A DNA stretch of 64,000 nt from Octopus vulgaris. Lineage: Eukaryota. The position numbers and the translations under genes are program-made. The notes under the pieces are model-generated. The model saw only the letters and a program-made list of their open reading frames with translations, was not told where the DNA came from and searched no databases. Positions 13,521-27,503 of the stretch are shown here, piece after piece. Each line of letters begins with the position of its first letter. Position 1 is the stretch's first letter. The DNA is taken from NCBI GenBank assembly GCA_951406725.2, contig OX597819.1, positions 23,870,001 through 23,934,000 on the forward strand, read 5' to 3'.

Positions 13521-15129
13521 CAGAGAAATACATGTTCAATCTTGAACTCTTACTTAGTGACACGGTCATATTGCTTCAACGACTACAGTGAAGGATGTGT
13601 TGTTTAGCTGATGACGTCAAAATAAATCTGAAACATGCTCAGTGTTGTCTCCTATACTTGTCAGAAAAATACAATTATTATTAGTAATTTATTAGCATTA
13701 ATATCACGTGTTTCTCCTCCAGGTATATATTTCTTGGTTGATTTTTAACGCATCATGTCATAAATATGTTATCATTAATTTGGTAATTCAAGTATAGACA
13801 TAATAAAATATTAAAAAGGCAATAAATTTGTATCATTTTTCTTTTGACATGCTGAAAAAGCTTCCTCAGCATTTCCAGAGCTTGTCTCTCAGCCGAGAAA
13901 ATATTTATGCAAACTAATTAGCAGTTTTTTTTTTTTTTATCACAATGTGAAACATTTCAACACATCGAAACACACTGTAATTGTGTACATGTTTTAATCT
14001 GTGTTTATGTGTGCCCAGGAGACAGATAAATAGAGAGATAGAGATAGAGACAGACAGACAGGCAGAGACAGGGAGAAGTAGTGGTGAGAGAGGGGAAGAG
14101 AGGGAATAAGAGAGTGAAGAGGCAGCGTTTTTAATTCTTTTGACGACAAGGTTTTTGAGCTTATTCTTCGTTTAGTTAAGAAAGAAAAAAAGAAGAAAAA
14201 ACCGGGTACCGAGATTGAAATAAATCAGTAGTAGAGTAAGATAGACGCCGAGTACGTAAACGATTTATAAACTCGCTTACTAAATTGTCGCTGGTTTTAA
14301 CTGAATGAAATGTTGGTAGTATACACTGTTAATCAGAAAATTGCTAAAAATTCTGTTAATGTTGGCGGTTTCTATTGCGAGATGTCTGGTATATTCATGT
14401 ATTTAGAACATAAATATATATATGTATCAGCTTCCGTCATTCACAAGGGAAAGTATAGTATCGTGGATCTTAAACAGGGACTTTTAAGTTGATGTATTTA
14501 GCAGTTGACATCCGAGAGATTATTATCTATAATGGATTTCTGATTTATGGTCTGTCTATATATGCAGCTGAATCGGAAGAGTTTCCAGTATGAGTTTTGT
14601 TGCTCTTCAAATTTCCTGTCTATTTTGTGGATGGAATTTTATAGAGTTAACTACTTGGCATGTTTCTTTTTGTCGCTTTGGCAGTAAGAACGGTGGTGCC
14701 CATGACCATTTAAAGGGACTTCCCGAACTGGTGGAAAGCCAAACCGGAGACTAATGTTCTCCACAGAGTAGACACCGCTACAGGCATTCAAGGACCTGGT
14801 GGTGTTTCTCAACGGGGCGATGAATTACGACTTTTGGTTTATTAGTAAGTTCAAATATGCTTAATTTGAGACTTAATATTTGTTGTCGTTGCTGTTGTTT
14901 AACATCAAGTCAGCAATGATCAACCGGTCACATGATAAGAAGCGTTCCTCTCATGACCATACTGACTTTTTGTGTATATTTGATAACGTTGTCCAATGCA
15001 TTCTTCATTTTGATAGTACAACACGGGGAAGAAATTAAGGAGATTTAGCTGCTTTTTCCAGCAAATTGGACGACTGCGAAGAGGCTCTGCCGAATTTGAT
15101 TTTGATTGTTATCATTGTTGATGTTGTAT

Positions 15130-15325
15130 GAGGTGGCGACCTGGTAGAACCGTTAGCACGCCGGGCAAAATGCTTAGCAGCATTTCGTCCGTCCTTACGT
15201 TCCGAGTTCAAATTCTGGCGAGGTCGACTTTGCCTTTCACCCTTTCGGGGTCGATAAAATAAGTACTAGTTGAGCACTGGAGTCTATTTGTAATCGACTA
15301 TTCCTCTACCCCAAATTTCAGGCTA
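15130..15325 (+). mobile_element. SINE family B copy (type-2 tail)
   Basis: ggtggcgacctggtagaaccgttagcacgccggg head, gagttcaaat B box and gcctttcaccctttcggggtcgataaaataagtact central domain. Confidence 0.8.
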
Positions 15326-15585
15326 GGCTCAGCTCAGTGTTGATTGAACAAATATATGATTAAGGACTTCCAGAGATGATTATAATGACTTTTCTCCAGA
15401 CACGATGTACCTAGAATTACGTTATTCAATCTGTCCCTTTTTATAAAACGGTAGAATGTAATTTCTAAGAGACTTGGCTGCTATATCAAACGAATCGAGC
15501 GACTACATACAAGTTTCTTAATTACTAGTATGTATTAATTATGAATTGAAATATTAAATATTCATTTGAATTTACTGGTGGGTAA

Positions 15586-15973
15586 GGGAGGAAGCACTCC
15601 GTCTGTTACGACGACGAGGGTTCCGGTTGGTTCGAATCAACGGAACAGCCTGCTCGTGAAATTAACGTGTAAGTGGCTGAGCACTCCACAGACACGTGTA
15701 CCCTTAACGTAGTTCTCGGGGATATTCAGCGTGACACAGAGAGTGACAAGGCCGGCCCTTTGAAATACAGGTACGTCAGAAACAGGAAGTAAGAGTGAGA
15801 GAAAGTTGTGGTGAAAGAGTACAGCAGGGATCACCACCATCCCCTGCCGGAGCCTCGTGGAGATTTTGGTGTTTTCGCTCAATAAACACTCACAACGCCC
15901 GATCTGGGAATCGAAACCGCGATCCTATGACCGCGAGTCCGCTGCCCTAACCACTGGGCCATTGCGCCTCCAC
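15586..15973 (-). mobile_element. SINE family C (tRNA-Arg-like head), full length, 12-bp TSD
   Basis: Head gtggaggcgcaatggcccagtggttagggcagcggactcgcggtc..ggtttcgattccc; TSD actggtgggtaa at 15574-15585 and 15974-15985. Confidence 0.92.
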
Positions 15974-17318
15974 ACTGGTGGGTAAATGTGAATATGGAAT
16001 AATAATAGTTACATCAACAAGCATATCTTCATCTGAGGAGGAAGAATAGAAGGGAGGAAGAAAGTTGTTTTTAGTCCGGAAACAAGAACTGAATGTTTGC
16101 TACAAAATAATATTTGCTAAAGATACACTGAAAGCAGTTTGTTGGTATTAAAATAAGTGGAGGATTGAGTACAATACCCCCTCATAAATAATGGTCCCTT
16201 CGACGAATTTTCACGCAGTTTATGTCTCCCAAACTTTACTTAAAGGTTTTAATCATCTCAAGCCACCGTGATACAAATTTAACTAAACTGTCAAGAACTG
16301 GGCTCGAAGCGTGTACTTGTGAGTGCGACTTCTCAACTGCATAGCCATGGCTGGCAAAGAACAAAAGAAACATCCTCCAGAAAACGTTTCTTTCTATACA
16401 ACAGCTTCCGATGAAGACAAAATAAGGTTGCAATGAGATACAAAGGAAAGAAAAATAACTGAAATATTATGACATAAAGAATTTTAGGGCAATATTAATG
16501 AATGTAGCGTCTGACGTTTCGAGTCTTCGTCCTTTGTCGAGAGTGAAGAAAGGATGAAAAGCATTGGTATCATTTGAGTTAAAGACATGAGAACGAGAAA
16601 GAAATTGAAGTTGTTGGAGGGTTGTGAGAAGGGATGATATTGGCGGTGATGGTGAATTGAGATGTGAAAGAGAAATGGCCAAGAGAAGACAATAGAAGGT
16701 CAGAGATCTGGGATGCGAGTTGAAAGAAGGATTTCTAATGTAGACACAAGGTCTCAAATTTGGTTGTGAGGTTGGTAGGAGGAAAATAATCGATCATAAT
16801 CGACTGAGTTCTAGATTGGTACATTATTTTCCCGACCGAGAGAAGATGGGAGACAGATCGACCTTCATATGATGTGAACCAAGAAGGTGAAGTGCAGAGC
16901 AGTTTTAACTGGGCTTTGTAGTATAGTTACATAACTTTTGAGTTAAAGAAAAATATAGAAGGAGTCAATTTAAAGCAAGAAAGATTTGAAGGAAACATGG
17001 AATGTCTGTTAATGCTGTTGTATTTCATTATGTTTTACAAAAAACTATCAACTCAACAGACGTTTGTAACCCAATACATTCCGTTTCAGCGCCTCCTAGC
17101 CGTACAAATTGTAACTATAATCCTTCTGAACCTATACAATTAGATTCAAGTGAGACAGTGAGCCTAGGTTTGGGCTGTAAAAGAAGTGTAAACAACTTAA
17201 GCGCGAAAACCCTTTGAGTTTATGTATGTATGTCTGCATATATGTATGTATGTATGTATTTTTATATATGCTTATGTATGTACATACGCAGATAACATAC
17301 ACAGAAGTATTGTGTGCT

Positions 17319-17416
<98 letters not shown>

Positions 17417-17519
17417 ATCTATGTATATCTATCTATCTATCTATCTATCTTTCTATATATATACATACATACATACACATATACAGATATTATAATGTAT
17501 ATGCATGTGTATATCTATA

Positions 17520-17578
<59 letters not shown>

Positions 17579-19032
17579 GTGTGCGTGCGCGTGTGTGTGT
17601 ATTTACATATGCGTATGTGTGCTTAAATGGAAGACGAATAGGGAGAAAGTATGACAAAATTACGATATGGTAAAGATAATGTTACGTCACCCAGACATGA
17701 TTTAAGGGAAAAGATAATCTGAAAATGTCGATTTGTCAACGAGTAAGCAGCAAGTAAAACGAACAGCGCCCTACCCCGACTCAAATTAGATACCGCAACT
17801 AATCTCTTTCCCGCCATATTTTTCTATCCCTTTCTCTCTCTTCCTTTGTTGCCTTCCCCCCCCCCGCCATTTCTTCTTAAAACCCTAAGCTCTTTCTTCA
17901 ATGATTACCATATGGGATGGTTTTTATTCTGTTTCTATGTTGTAAAAGGATATTCGGAGATATCAGGAGAAACAGCATGAGATACAAGACGAATTCGTGA
18001 CCAACTTTCACAGTACCATAATTGTATTTTTTTTCCTCGTGACTCTAAAATATGTGCGAGAATGTCAAACAAATATCTAACAACCTTAAAACATTAAAAA
18101 ACATTTCTAACAGACGATAAAATATAACCGGAGAATTAGTTTTCAAACGAAAATGAATGCGCGATCTTAATACGTTATGATGTTACAAAGAAATGGTGAG
18201 GTGTTAGGGTGGCAGAGATTTTAAAGTTTGAAAGAAAATGATAAAATAATGACTGCTATTTTCATATTCAAACTACCATTAATGTTAGGAATTTCTTCGA
18301 AACAACTTTGCTGTAATATAAATGCTGTTGTTATTAGTGTTATGGTGAAAATTTGCTGTTGTCATTGCGTGCTCCAGTTCAGCTCTAATTAAGGAGTCTC
18401 ACACGGTTGTTCGACTTACTATAAACGGCAGCCAAACTTACTTCGAATAGTATACTACAGCTTACAAAAATGGATAAATAAAATTGATATAGTAGTTCTG
18501 AAACGAAAATGTACAAAAAAAAAGAGATGGAATAAAAATAAGGCGAGACAGTCATGCTTGGAATGCCGGTCAAACAATGTTAACTTTGTTATAGAACTGA
18601 CGAACTGTTGAATTTATTGGTGACACATTTCTGCCAATGATATTTATCTTTTTCCCCTTATATGCCATTTTAACAGAAGTTCAGGCTTTTGTTAAATCTA
18701 AAGTTTCATTTTACTACCTAAATTTAAAAACTACGTAGGAAGTGAGACATATCAACTGTCGCAACTTCAAATGACAATTATAAACAGGAAAAGATGTTCA
18801 AATTATCCAATGATATCGCTGAAATGAAACTTAATGGTGGAGCCGTTGGTTTTAATGGTGGTAGACGCGTAGGGTATCAAATACCTTATGTATAATCTAT
18901 ATTATGTTGCTGTACAGTAAACAGATTAGAGGCATATGATAGCTACGTTATTGACAATGAAGCATATGAAAGCTATTTTGCTGCACAATGAAACATATAA
19001 TATCTATGTTCTTCATTATTATTACCTCTGTT

Positions 19033-19580
19033 AAGGTGGCGAGCTGACAGAAATGTTAGCACGTCGGGCGAAATGCGTAGCCATATTTCGTCTGCCGTTA
19101 CGTTGTGAGTTCAAATTCCGCCGAGGTCGACTTTGCCTTTCATCCTTTCGGGATCGATAAATTAGGAACCAGTTACGCACTGTGGTCGATGTAATCGACT
19201 TAATCCCTTTGTTTGTCCTCTCTGTGTTTTTAACCACTTGTGGGCAATAAAGAAATAGGTACTTCGTCTGTCGTTACGTTCTGAGTTCAAATTCCGCCGA
19301 GATCGACTTTGCCTTTCATCCTTTCGGGGTCGATAAATAAAGTACCAGTTACGCACTGGGATCGATATAATCAACTTAATCCGTCTGTCTGTCCTTGTTT
19401 GTCTCCTCTGTGTTTAACCCCTTGTGGGTAGTAAAGAAATAAGAATCATTAGCACGCCAGACAAAATGCTTAGCTGCACTCCGTCCGTTTTTACGTTCTG
19501 AGATTGTCTTTACTTTTCTTCTTTCGAGGTCGATAAAAAATGTACTAGTCTTGTTAAATTATGGGGTCGATGTAGAAAGG
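19033..19580 (+). mobile_element. Tandem array of about three SINE family B units
   Basis: The block gagttcaaattccgccgaggtcgactttgcctttcatcctttcggggtcgataa...aataaagaaata is repeated. Confidence 0.85.
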
Positions 19581-20096
19581 ATTACTACCGCTGTTGAAAT
19601 GTTACTTAATAACGGTATAAAACAAAATGCTTTTAGACTGGTTCAGTAGTCTCAATCCAATATTGAAAATGGTCAATATTTACAACGGCCAAACAAGAAT
19701 TATATCTTTCTTATAACAACAGACATAGAGGACAACGTGATATAATATTTATACATCTTGCCCTTCTCTAAACTGTACTGATAATCTATTCATGAGTGTG
19801 TATATATATATATAGACTTACTGTTAACAAAAGTCGAGATGCGTGGCTTTCAGTTACTCAATAACTGAAAAATGCATTAACTGCTACAAAACGTACCCGT
19901 AGGATAGACACGGAAGTTCTATAACTCTTCATCAGTTATTAACAGAAGAATACTAGTGAAGAATTACCATCCTTCTGTGTCTGTCCTACGTGAACGTTTT
20001 GTAGTATTTAATGCAGTTTTCGTTTATATATATATATATATATGTATGTAAATATATATATATATGTGTGTGTGTGTATGTATATATGTATATATG

Positions 20097-20184
<88 letters not shown>

Positions 20185-20187
<3 letters not shown>

Positions 20188-20353
20188 GGTCCCGGGTTGA
20201 TTCGGGGTTAACCACAGTAAATAAGGTACTCAATACATAGCAGAGTAAAATTAATTTATTATATAGAAGGAGCTTCTACAGGACTAGAACTGTTTCATTG
20301 ATGATTTCTCTTGAATGAAACAGTTCTAGTCCTGTAGAAGCTCCTTCTATATA

Positions 20354-20360
<7 letters not shown>
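20185..20360 (-). mobile_element. Palindromic hammerhead cassette (family E), centre deleted
   Basis: Near-identical to 43095-43283 and to the reverse complement of 52185-52388; both flanks are (TA)n. Confidence 0.85.
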
Positions 20361-20414
<54 letters not shown>

Positions 20415-20536
20415 TAGGGTAGCGAATATTCGTTATAAATATCACCACCAATGGCCTAGCATGTATGAATAGTCAATAGCCAACATATTCATATTTTAAA
20501 ATAGTGTACATTTAAACACAAAAGAAAACTACCCTT

Positions 20537-20624
<88 letters not shown>

Positions 20625-21699
20625 GGAGGCGCAATGGGTTTTAAAACAGAAAAGGTGTAGTTACAAGTAAAATGACAATGATAAAAAAGAGAATGCAAAA
20701 GAAATATGTAAACTGGTTTCATTGCCTGAATTGCTTTAAAGATGGGACGATTTGTGCCTAAGGAAGACGATGGACCGGGAAGGAGAGGATTACTGTTTGG
20801 AAGGAGATTCTCCTTGCATTAAGACTTCAGGAAGAACAATTTCTGGCGTTTTCTCTCTCACTTCGCTTAATTTAGGTTTTTTGGACACATTTTCTTCACC
20901 TTTTACACTTGCAGGTAAATATATCAAGATGCTTTTTCCTGCCTTTCAAAATGTTACGAAAATTCGGCAGAGCAGAGTCATTAAATTAAACAGTTGCGCG
21001 ACCTGTAGCTACTTTTTCAGGATGAAATTTTTCTACAAATTCAGAAACACTGCCACTTTGCCAGCACTGCCTTTACGTCACTCGTAGAGATAGCATTCTC
21101 TGCTACCCTGTCTTCCTATTTCTTTAATACAACCTGTGTCAGTGGGGTAGAAAGGGCTCCTTAGCCGTAGTGAAGGCAATCTATCTAGGGAGATAACCTT
21201 ACAATAAATCACTCTGTCCGTAGCTTAGAAATACTGGGTTGACGTCCAGCGGGAACAGCTTTGTTTCATGGAAGAGGAAAGATCTTCTTTAGTACTTGGT
21301 TGTACAATGCTTTCCAATGTGTGTAGTAGTGGCGCGCGCACACATTATTAGCCATTTGAAAAGACTATGGAATTCCATTGTCTCGACCACGGTCGAACAA
21401 TGATGATGATGATTTCTTTAATACCCACAAGGGGTTAAACATAGAGGAGACAAACAAAGACAGACAAGCGGATTAAGTTTCTGCCAGATCGTCGCCTTAT
21501 GTACCAACGTCTTCCACCGCATCCAAATTCTGCCGCTCCTGAAGCTGCAAGGGCACATCTGTCTTCAGCTCCCCTGAGTGTTCCTCGACGAGATCTTTAA
21601 TGTCCTATCATCAATCTCGATGCCCATGGACTTGCCTCGATTACAGGTGTCTCAAACTCAAACCCCTCGAAGCTAGGCCACAGCTTCTTCCAAGCAGAA

Positions 21700-21935
21700 T
21701 ATGCTTGTGTATGTGTGTGTGAGTGTGTGTGTGTGAGACTGTGTGTATGTATTCGTGTTTGTTCCCCACCACCGCTTGACTACCGACGTCGGTTTGCTTA
21801 TGCCCTCGTAGTCTAGCGGTTCGGCAGTAGAGAACGATAGATTAGGTACCAAACCTAAAATCAAGTGCTGGGATCGAATTGTTCAAATACATCCTTCAAG
21901 ACCGCAGTCCAATGATCAAAATAAGTAAAAGATGA
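21700..21935 (+). mobile_element. SINE family A, 3' half
   Basis: tagcggttcggca..gagaacgatagattaggtacc and ccgcagtccaatga..aaataagtaaaaga. Confidence 0.65.
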
Positions 21936-21958
21936 AAAAAAATCAAAAATATAATTAA

Positions 21959-22228
21959 CTAGTGGTATAGCCCGGCGTTGCTCGGGTTTGTTTTTTAGTT
22001 GCGCTTGAAACGGCAGTCTTTGATGTTGCGTTAACAAGGTTTTGACATAGTTTCAATGTTTTTTGAAAAGTAAAAATGTTGCATTATGTAGCTGTTATTC
22101 TCTTTAAATGAACATTTTTCTGGTTGAAATACACCTAAAAATGGCGACACAGCAGTCAAAAAATCGTAAAAAAATAGAGATTTTCATAGAGAAAAAGCAC
22201 CTTTTTGATGTAAATAATTTTTGGTCTT
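21959..22228 (-). mobile_element. Non-autonomous Helitron, 3' end fragment
   Basis: On the minus strand the hairpin cccgagcaacgccggg is followed by CTAG|T; the end is shared with the 24389 element. Confidence 0.65.
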
Positions 22229-22231
22229 AAT

Positions 22232-22630
22232 TTTTGTTTCAGTAATTGGACCGCGGCCATGCTGGGGCATCATTTTGCCAGGTTTTAGTCAAACAAATCG
22301 ATCTCAGTACTTGCTTTTTAAATCTTGAACTTATCCTGTCGATCTCTTTTATTGAACTTCTAGCATAAGGGGACGCAAGCAAACCATCACCAGTTGTCAA
22401 GCGGGAACAGACATCTACACACACACACATGCAAGCACGCACACACTATGCACACACACACACACACACACACACGACGGGTCTCCATACCGTTTCGTCT
22501 ACCAAATTCACTCACGAGACGATGGGCTAATGACGCTTTCTCAAGTAGGATCGAATCCTAACCCACATGGTCCCAAAGTGAGCTTCATAGCTACAAAGAC
22601 GTTTCTTCACTGACACAGCTATGCCTGCAT
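22232..22630 (-). mobile_element. SINE family A copy (old)
   Basis: tgtttcagtaattggaccgcggccatgctggggca...cgtctaccaaattcactcac. Confidence 0.7.
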
Positions 22631-22729
22631 GTGAATAATTACTTTTCCTGGTCCAGTTTTATGAAGGAATACAGAAAAGTGAAAAATACTTCGGCTAATT
22701 TTATTGAAATTAATTTACTAATTTCCTTA

Positions 22730-23097
22730 TCTTTTATCCTTTACTTGTTTCTGTCATGAGACTGCGATCATGCTGGAGCACCGACTCGAAGAATTTTTTT
22801 AAAGCCTGGTTCTTATTTTATCGGTCTCTTATGCCGAACCGCTGGGGTATGGGGACGTAAACACACCAACACCGATTGCCAAGCGGTGGTGGTAGGGAGA
22901 CAACACAGACAGAAGCACACACACACATACACACACGACGCGCTTCTTTCAGTTTCCGTCTATCAAATCCACTCACAAGGCTTTGGTCGGCCCAAGGCTA
23001 TTGTAGAAGACACATACCTAATGTGCCACGCCGTGGAACTGAACCAGGAACTATGTGGTTGGGAAGCTAGTTCCTTACCATACAGCCATACTTGCGA
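22730..23097 (-). mobile_element. SINE family A copy
   Basis: Family A tail, CA run and head (gccacgccgtggaactgaacc). Confidence 0.8.
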
Positions 23098-23352
23098 CTT
23101 ATGATGAAAAAAAAGGAACTAGAATTTGAACTCCGAAACTTGACATACCTACTACAACAGTGAAATACATAATGACCATGGGATTGCACCTAGAAAGTTA
23201 CCCCCCGATGCACAAGTCTGGGCAAGGTTGTTTATGAAAGACCAGCAGTCGCCTATGCATACTGGCTTCCCCTCTCCACGCCACCGATGTTATCCAAGGG
23301 AAAGGCAAAGGCCGATACAGCTTGGCACCAGTGACGTCGCAGCTCATTTATC

Positions 23353-23662
23353 AACGTGCAAGTGGCTGAGCATTCCACAGACACGTGTACCCTTAACGTA
23401 TTTCTCGGGGAGATTTAGCGTGACACACAGTGTGACAAGGCAGGCCCTTTGAAATACAGGTACAACAGAAACAGGAAGAAAGAGTGAGAGAATGCTGTGG
23501 TGAAAGATTACAGCAGGGTTCACCACCGCCCCCTGCCGGAGCCTTATGGATCTTTAGGTGTTTTCGCTCAATAAACACTCGCAATGCCCGGTCTGGGAAT
23601 CGAAACCGCGATCCTACGACCGCGAGTCCGCTGCCCTAACCACTGGGCCATTGCGCCTCCAC
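23353..23662 (-). mobile_element. SINE family C copy
   Basis: Ends ccgctgccctaaccactgggccattgcgcctccac, like the 15586 copy. Confidence 0.88.
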
Positions 23663-24388
23663 AATACACAATATAACAGGACGACTATTCTGATACTGTG
23701 CTATTTACCCTTATTTAATTAGTATATGCATTTATCAATGATCACTTTCCTATATACATTTCTCTGATACATATATAGCTGTAGTATACAGGCACGGACA
23801 CATTGTGTATTTGTGAATATATCTATGAAGTGTAAGAAGCAGATAAATACAACTGCTAAAGAGGTCTTTAAAAAAGTGCTTATATTGCTATAATTATTCA
23901 TTTTATTTTCAGTAAGTCTCCCCTTTTCTTCTTCATCCTTCTTTCCTTATAGAGGATGGTTTATATTACATTGGCTGGATACTGAGTCCATATTAGATCG
24001 CATTTCAAAATTAAATTACACATGGCATCCGGGTCTGAACTATATGTATTAAGTCGCAAGTAAAACTGTCACAATAGGAATTATATCATTTTTCAGGACT
24101 ATACGCATCATGGGGTCATAAAACAATTTTTTTTGTGTCATATCTGTTGAACAAGAAACCATGAGAAAAGAGACTGGGAATTATAGATAAACATTCATAC
24201 TTGCTTCAAAGATGAAATGGTGGATCAATGTTATGAACGTTACACTAGCTTTTTCCATTTATTTATTTAGTTTTTAACTTCTAGATTGTAGGTCAGAAAT
24301 GAGTGATACTGCAACAGTAAGTACTTTAATTTTCGAAGTAGAAAAGAAAAATGAACAATCCGAGTGGTGGAAAGGATTGTTTGAATTA

Positions 24389-24781
24389 CTAGCAGTATCG
24401 CCCGGCGTTGCTCGGGTTTGTAAGGGAAATAACTATATAAGCATTTTTAGAGATGTAAAGTATAATAGCCATCTGAATATGGCTAACCACAAGGGGGGGT
24501 GTTACTGTAGCTTTTTACTTTCTGAGATTTAATAATATATTTTTAGAGAGTTACTTCCCTTATATATGCCAAAATGCATAAAAAATGGGAAAAATTGATG
24601 GTAATTTTTTTTTTAATCGTAGACTCATCGTAGACGCGCGCTAATACCCAGAAGGGCTCGATATGAATCACGACTATAAGATACCCGGTTTTGGTTAAAC
24701 TGCACCGCAAAATGTAGGAGTAGTTAGGAATCTAAATCGTAGGAGACAGACACCACACAACCTCTCTTTTATATATAAAGA
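24389..24781 (-). mobile_element. Complete non-autonomous Helitron (393 bp)
   Basis: The minus strand starts TC (tctttatatataaaag) and ends with hairpin cccgagcaacgccggg...CTAG. It is inserted between A and T with no TSD, which are the canonical Helitron termini. Confidence 0.85.
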
Positions 24782-24994
24782 TTTAATACGGGTAGATTGG
24801 TGAGGAAATTAAAAGAGGAAAGAGAGAAGAGACAAGCATGTGCTGTAAGATGGCGAACTGACCAAGATTTTTACAATGTTGACTAGATTGCCTTTCTGTG
24901 GGTATTCAGGTTCTCTGTGGACTGAGGTAAAATACTGCAGGGGTCAGCTTTGTCATTCATACTTTTATTACTTGCTATTAGTCATTTCAGCGAA

Positions 24995-25243
24995 GCTGCG
25001 CGGCTTAATGATTAAGGTGCTCGGCTCACGATCGCAAGGTCGCGAGTTCGATTCCCGGCAATGCGTTGTCCGTGAGCAAGACACTTTATTTCACGTTGTT
25101 CCTGGCAAAAATGAGTTGTACTTGTATTCAAAGGCCAAGCCTTGCTGCCACATTATGTGACACGCTGAATCCTTGAGAACAACGTTAAGGGTGCGCGTGT
25201 CTGTGGAGTGCTCAGCTGACTGCACGTTAATTTTACGAGCAAA
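24995..25243 (+). mobile_element. Diverged SINE related to family C
   Basis: tRNA-like head (gagttcgattccc) and tgtattcaaaggcc..cacgctgaat..gtctgtggagtgctcagc. Confidence 0.7.
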
Positions 25244-26284
25244 TGTCTTCCTAGTTCCTTGATGCTTTTCAACAATGCTTTCTGTAATAAAGCCTTGACG
25301 CCATTATTCTCTCAATAAAGTCTTGAATCCATTGTTCTTTCAATAAATGTGAGTCTTCCAACACCAGCAGCACTCGTGCATCCCCAAAGTATAACACTTC
25401 CGCAACCGTGTTTCACGATGCATTTGTCACTATTATCTTCACCTGGTCGTCGCCATACTCGTTTAATACCATCTGATCCAAACAAGTTGATTTCAGTCTC
25501 GTCAGAAAAAATAATTTTATTCCAAAACACCTTTCCCTTACTCACATAGGTTTCGGCAAAAGAAAGACGACTTGATTTATGCCTGGTAATGAGGAGAGGC
25601 TTCCTATGAGGAATGCGTCTATGAAGACCACACTGGTTAAAACTTTGGCAAACTGTTTGGACGGATACACTCTTTCCCCTAACAGAGACCGCACGACGCC
25701 TGTCGCCCATTACGTAACGTTGGATGCGGCGAATATCACGTGCGGTTAAAATGGGGAGACGACCTGGACGATGTTTATTGCTTAGTCGTCCAGTAGCTTT
25801 GTACTTCTGAAATACTTTGGCAATTGTGCTTACGCTAACATGTATTCATTTACTAATTAACTTGTATCCTAAGCCATTCTTATGTAAATTAAAAAGAAAT
25901 TTTCTTCAAATTTTGAGAAAATTATTTTCGTTTTGGTGCCATTTTAATCACAATGAAGAATATTTTCACCACAGTACACAAATCAGAATTCCTGCAGATG
26001 CAATAACAATGACCGGTGCAAAACTACCAGGAGAAATAATTTATTAAAATTGAAATTATCAGCAATATCTGAAATTAGTAAAAAAGGGGGATAAAATATT
26101 GATTATAGCAAATTTCTTTTAGGGTGTACATATTTTTGTAACATTTGAAAATTAATATTTCGTTTATGCCTTTGAAAATGTTTGCATGTATAATATATCT
26201 TATCCAGTATAAACTTCGTTTGATTTCTGTCGATATTATCAGAGTAATGGCAATTTTTTTAGGGGTATACATACTTCTGTGAGA

Positions 26285-26288
<4 letters not shown>
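25243..26288 (-). mobile_element. Tc1-family transposon, 5' part with decayed transposase (ATG about 25942)
   Basis: Motifs GRLPILT.RD.R.I, RKPLL, WNKIIFSDET.INLFGSDG and VKHGCGSVILWGC. Terminal repeat tagtatctcacagaagtatgtatacccc (minus strand) with an inner repeat near 26120. Confidence 0.9.
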
Positions 26289-26328
<40 letters not shown>

Positions 26329-27503
26329 CAAATATACCTGCTTCTTGTTTATACACCTGTCTCTGTTTTTGTTTTTCTGTAAATTTCAACTACACAGACA
26401 CACACAGACACACACATACACATATCTCTGTGTGTCTGCGTGTGTGCGTGCGGATGTGTAGGTGCGTTGCTTAGTGGTTTGCGTACTGCACTCATAATCA
26501 TAAGATAATGGTTTCGATTTCTGGACCGGTGATGCGTGGTATTCTTGAGCAAAACACTTGAGTTCACTATGCTCCAGGTCACTCAGCTGGCAAAAATGAG
26601 GAATCCTACGATTCCTTCAACATAAAAGGCTATCATAGTGAATTTCAGGCGACTGCGAAAAAATGTAACCGTTAGAAATATTTGTCATATCGATTAGCCT
26701 AAATGCTTGCAATATGAGCCCATTGATCGTAGCGGTAATCAATATTGCTTTGATTTATTAGAAATATTATTGCTGTTATTTTTTGCCATTTTATAAAACA
26801 TAATTTACAGGTAACAAGTGTTATTTCTTATTCATGCTTAATTTAATGCTAGTTACTTTGGCTGTACGTTTTTGAATGCTCATTTGTTTTGTAACTCGTT
26901 GCCAAATATCATAGATACACTAACTTCCTTTTACTTCTAACCCTCCTGTACCACACAGAAAACAAAACCCTGCTGTTACAGATCATATCAGTTCGTCACC
27001 ACCCTTGAATTTTGTCTGATAACTATATTATCTTATCGCTGCTTGTCGACTAAGGAAGTTAAAACAACAGAATACTTTGTATTTCTTCTGGGCACCTCCC
27101 ACAGGAAAACAAACAAACAAAGCGTTGACTTCTCATCGTGAACTATTTTCACATTTAAATTATTATACTATTAAAGTCAGTTTCCACCATATTTGGATTA
27201 CGATAGTGAATTTATATCTTGTTAAAATTTGTTGAAAGAAATGATATTTTATACTAAGACCAGCCTTAGGAAGCCATAAGAAATTCACGCTATATATCTC
27301 ACGCTCTTAATTATCTCTGTATATTATTTAGATCTCTTAACACGCCCAATTTCATAAACCTCTGCTCAGTGCAATTGTGCATTGTGGAAATATATTAAGC
27401 CAAGAGACAGCGTTGCTTTTGTAATTCCGTTTCTTGAAAGTATATTACGGTCCTTCTACTTTTTGAAGTTATGGCAAAAAAAAAAAAAATGCAAAATATT
27501 CAA

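Noticed and set aside
13600-13645. CTGATGA...GAAACATG hammerhead-like words
   Set aside because: There is no stem I or convincing stem II pairing, and the NUH site is absent.
16505-16545. Minus-strand ...gactcGAAACGTCagac, resembling a PLE minimal HHR end
   Set aside because: The first core strand is too degenerate (cgacaaa) to call; it is at best a decayed remnant.
21030-21330. Possible RTE-type LINE 5' UTR fragments (also about 23170-23350 and 37560-37990)
   Set aside because: The resemblance is from memory only, with no ORF or internal copy to support a call.
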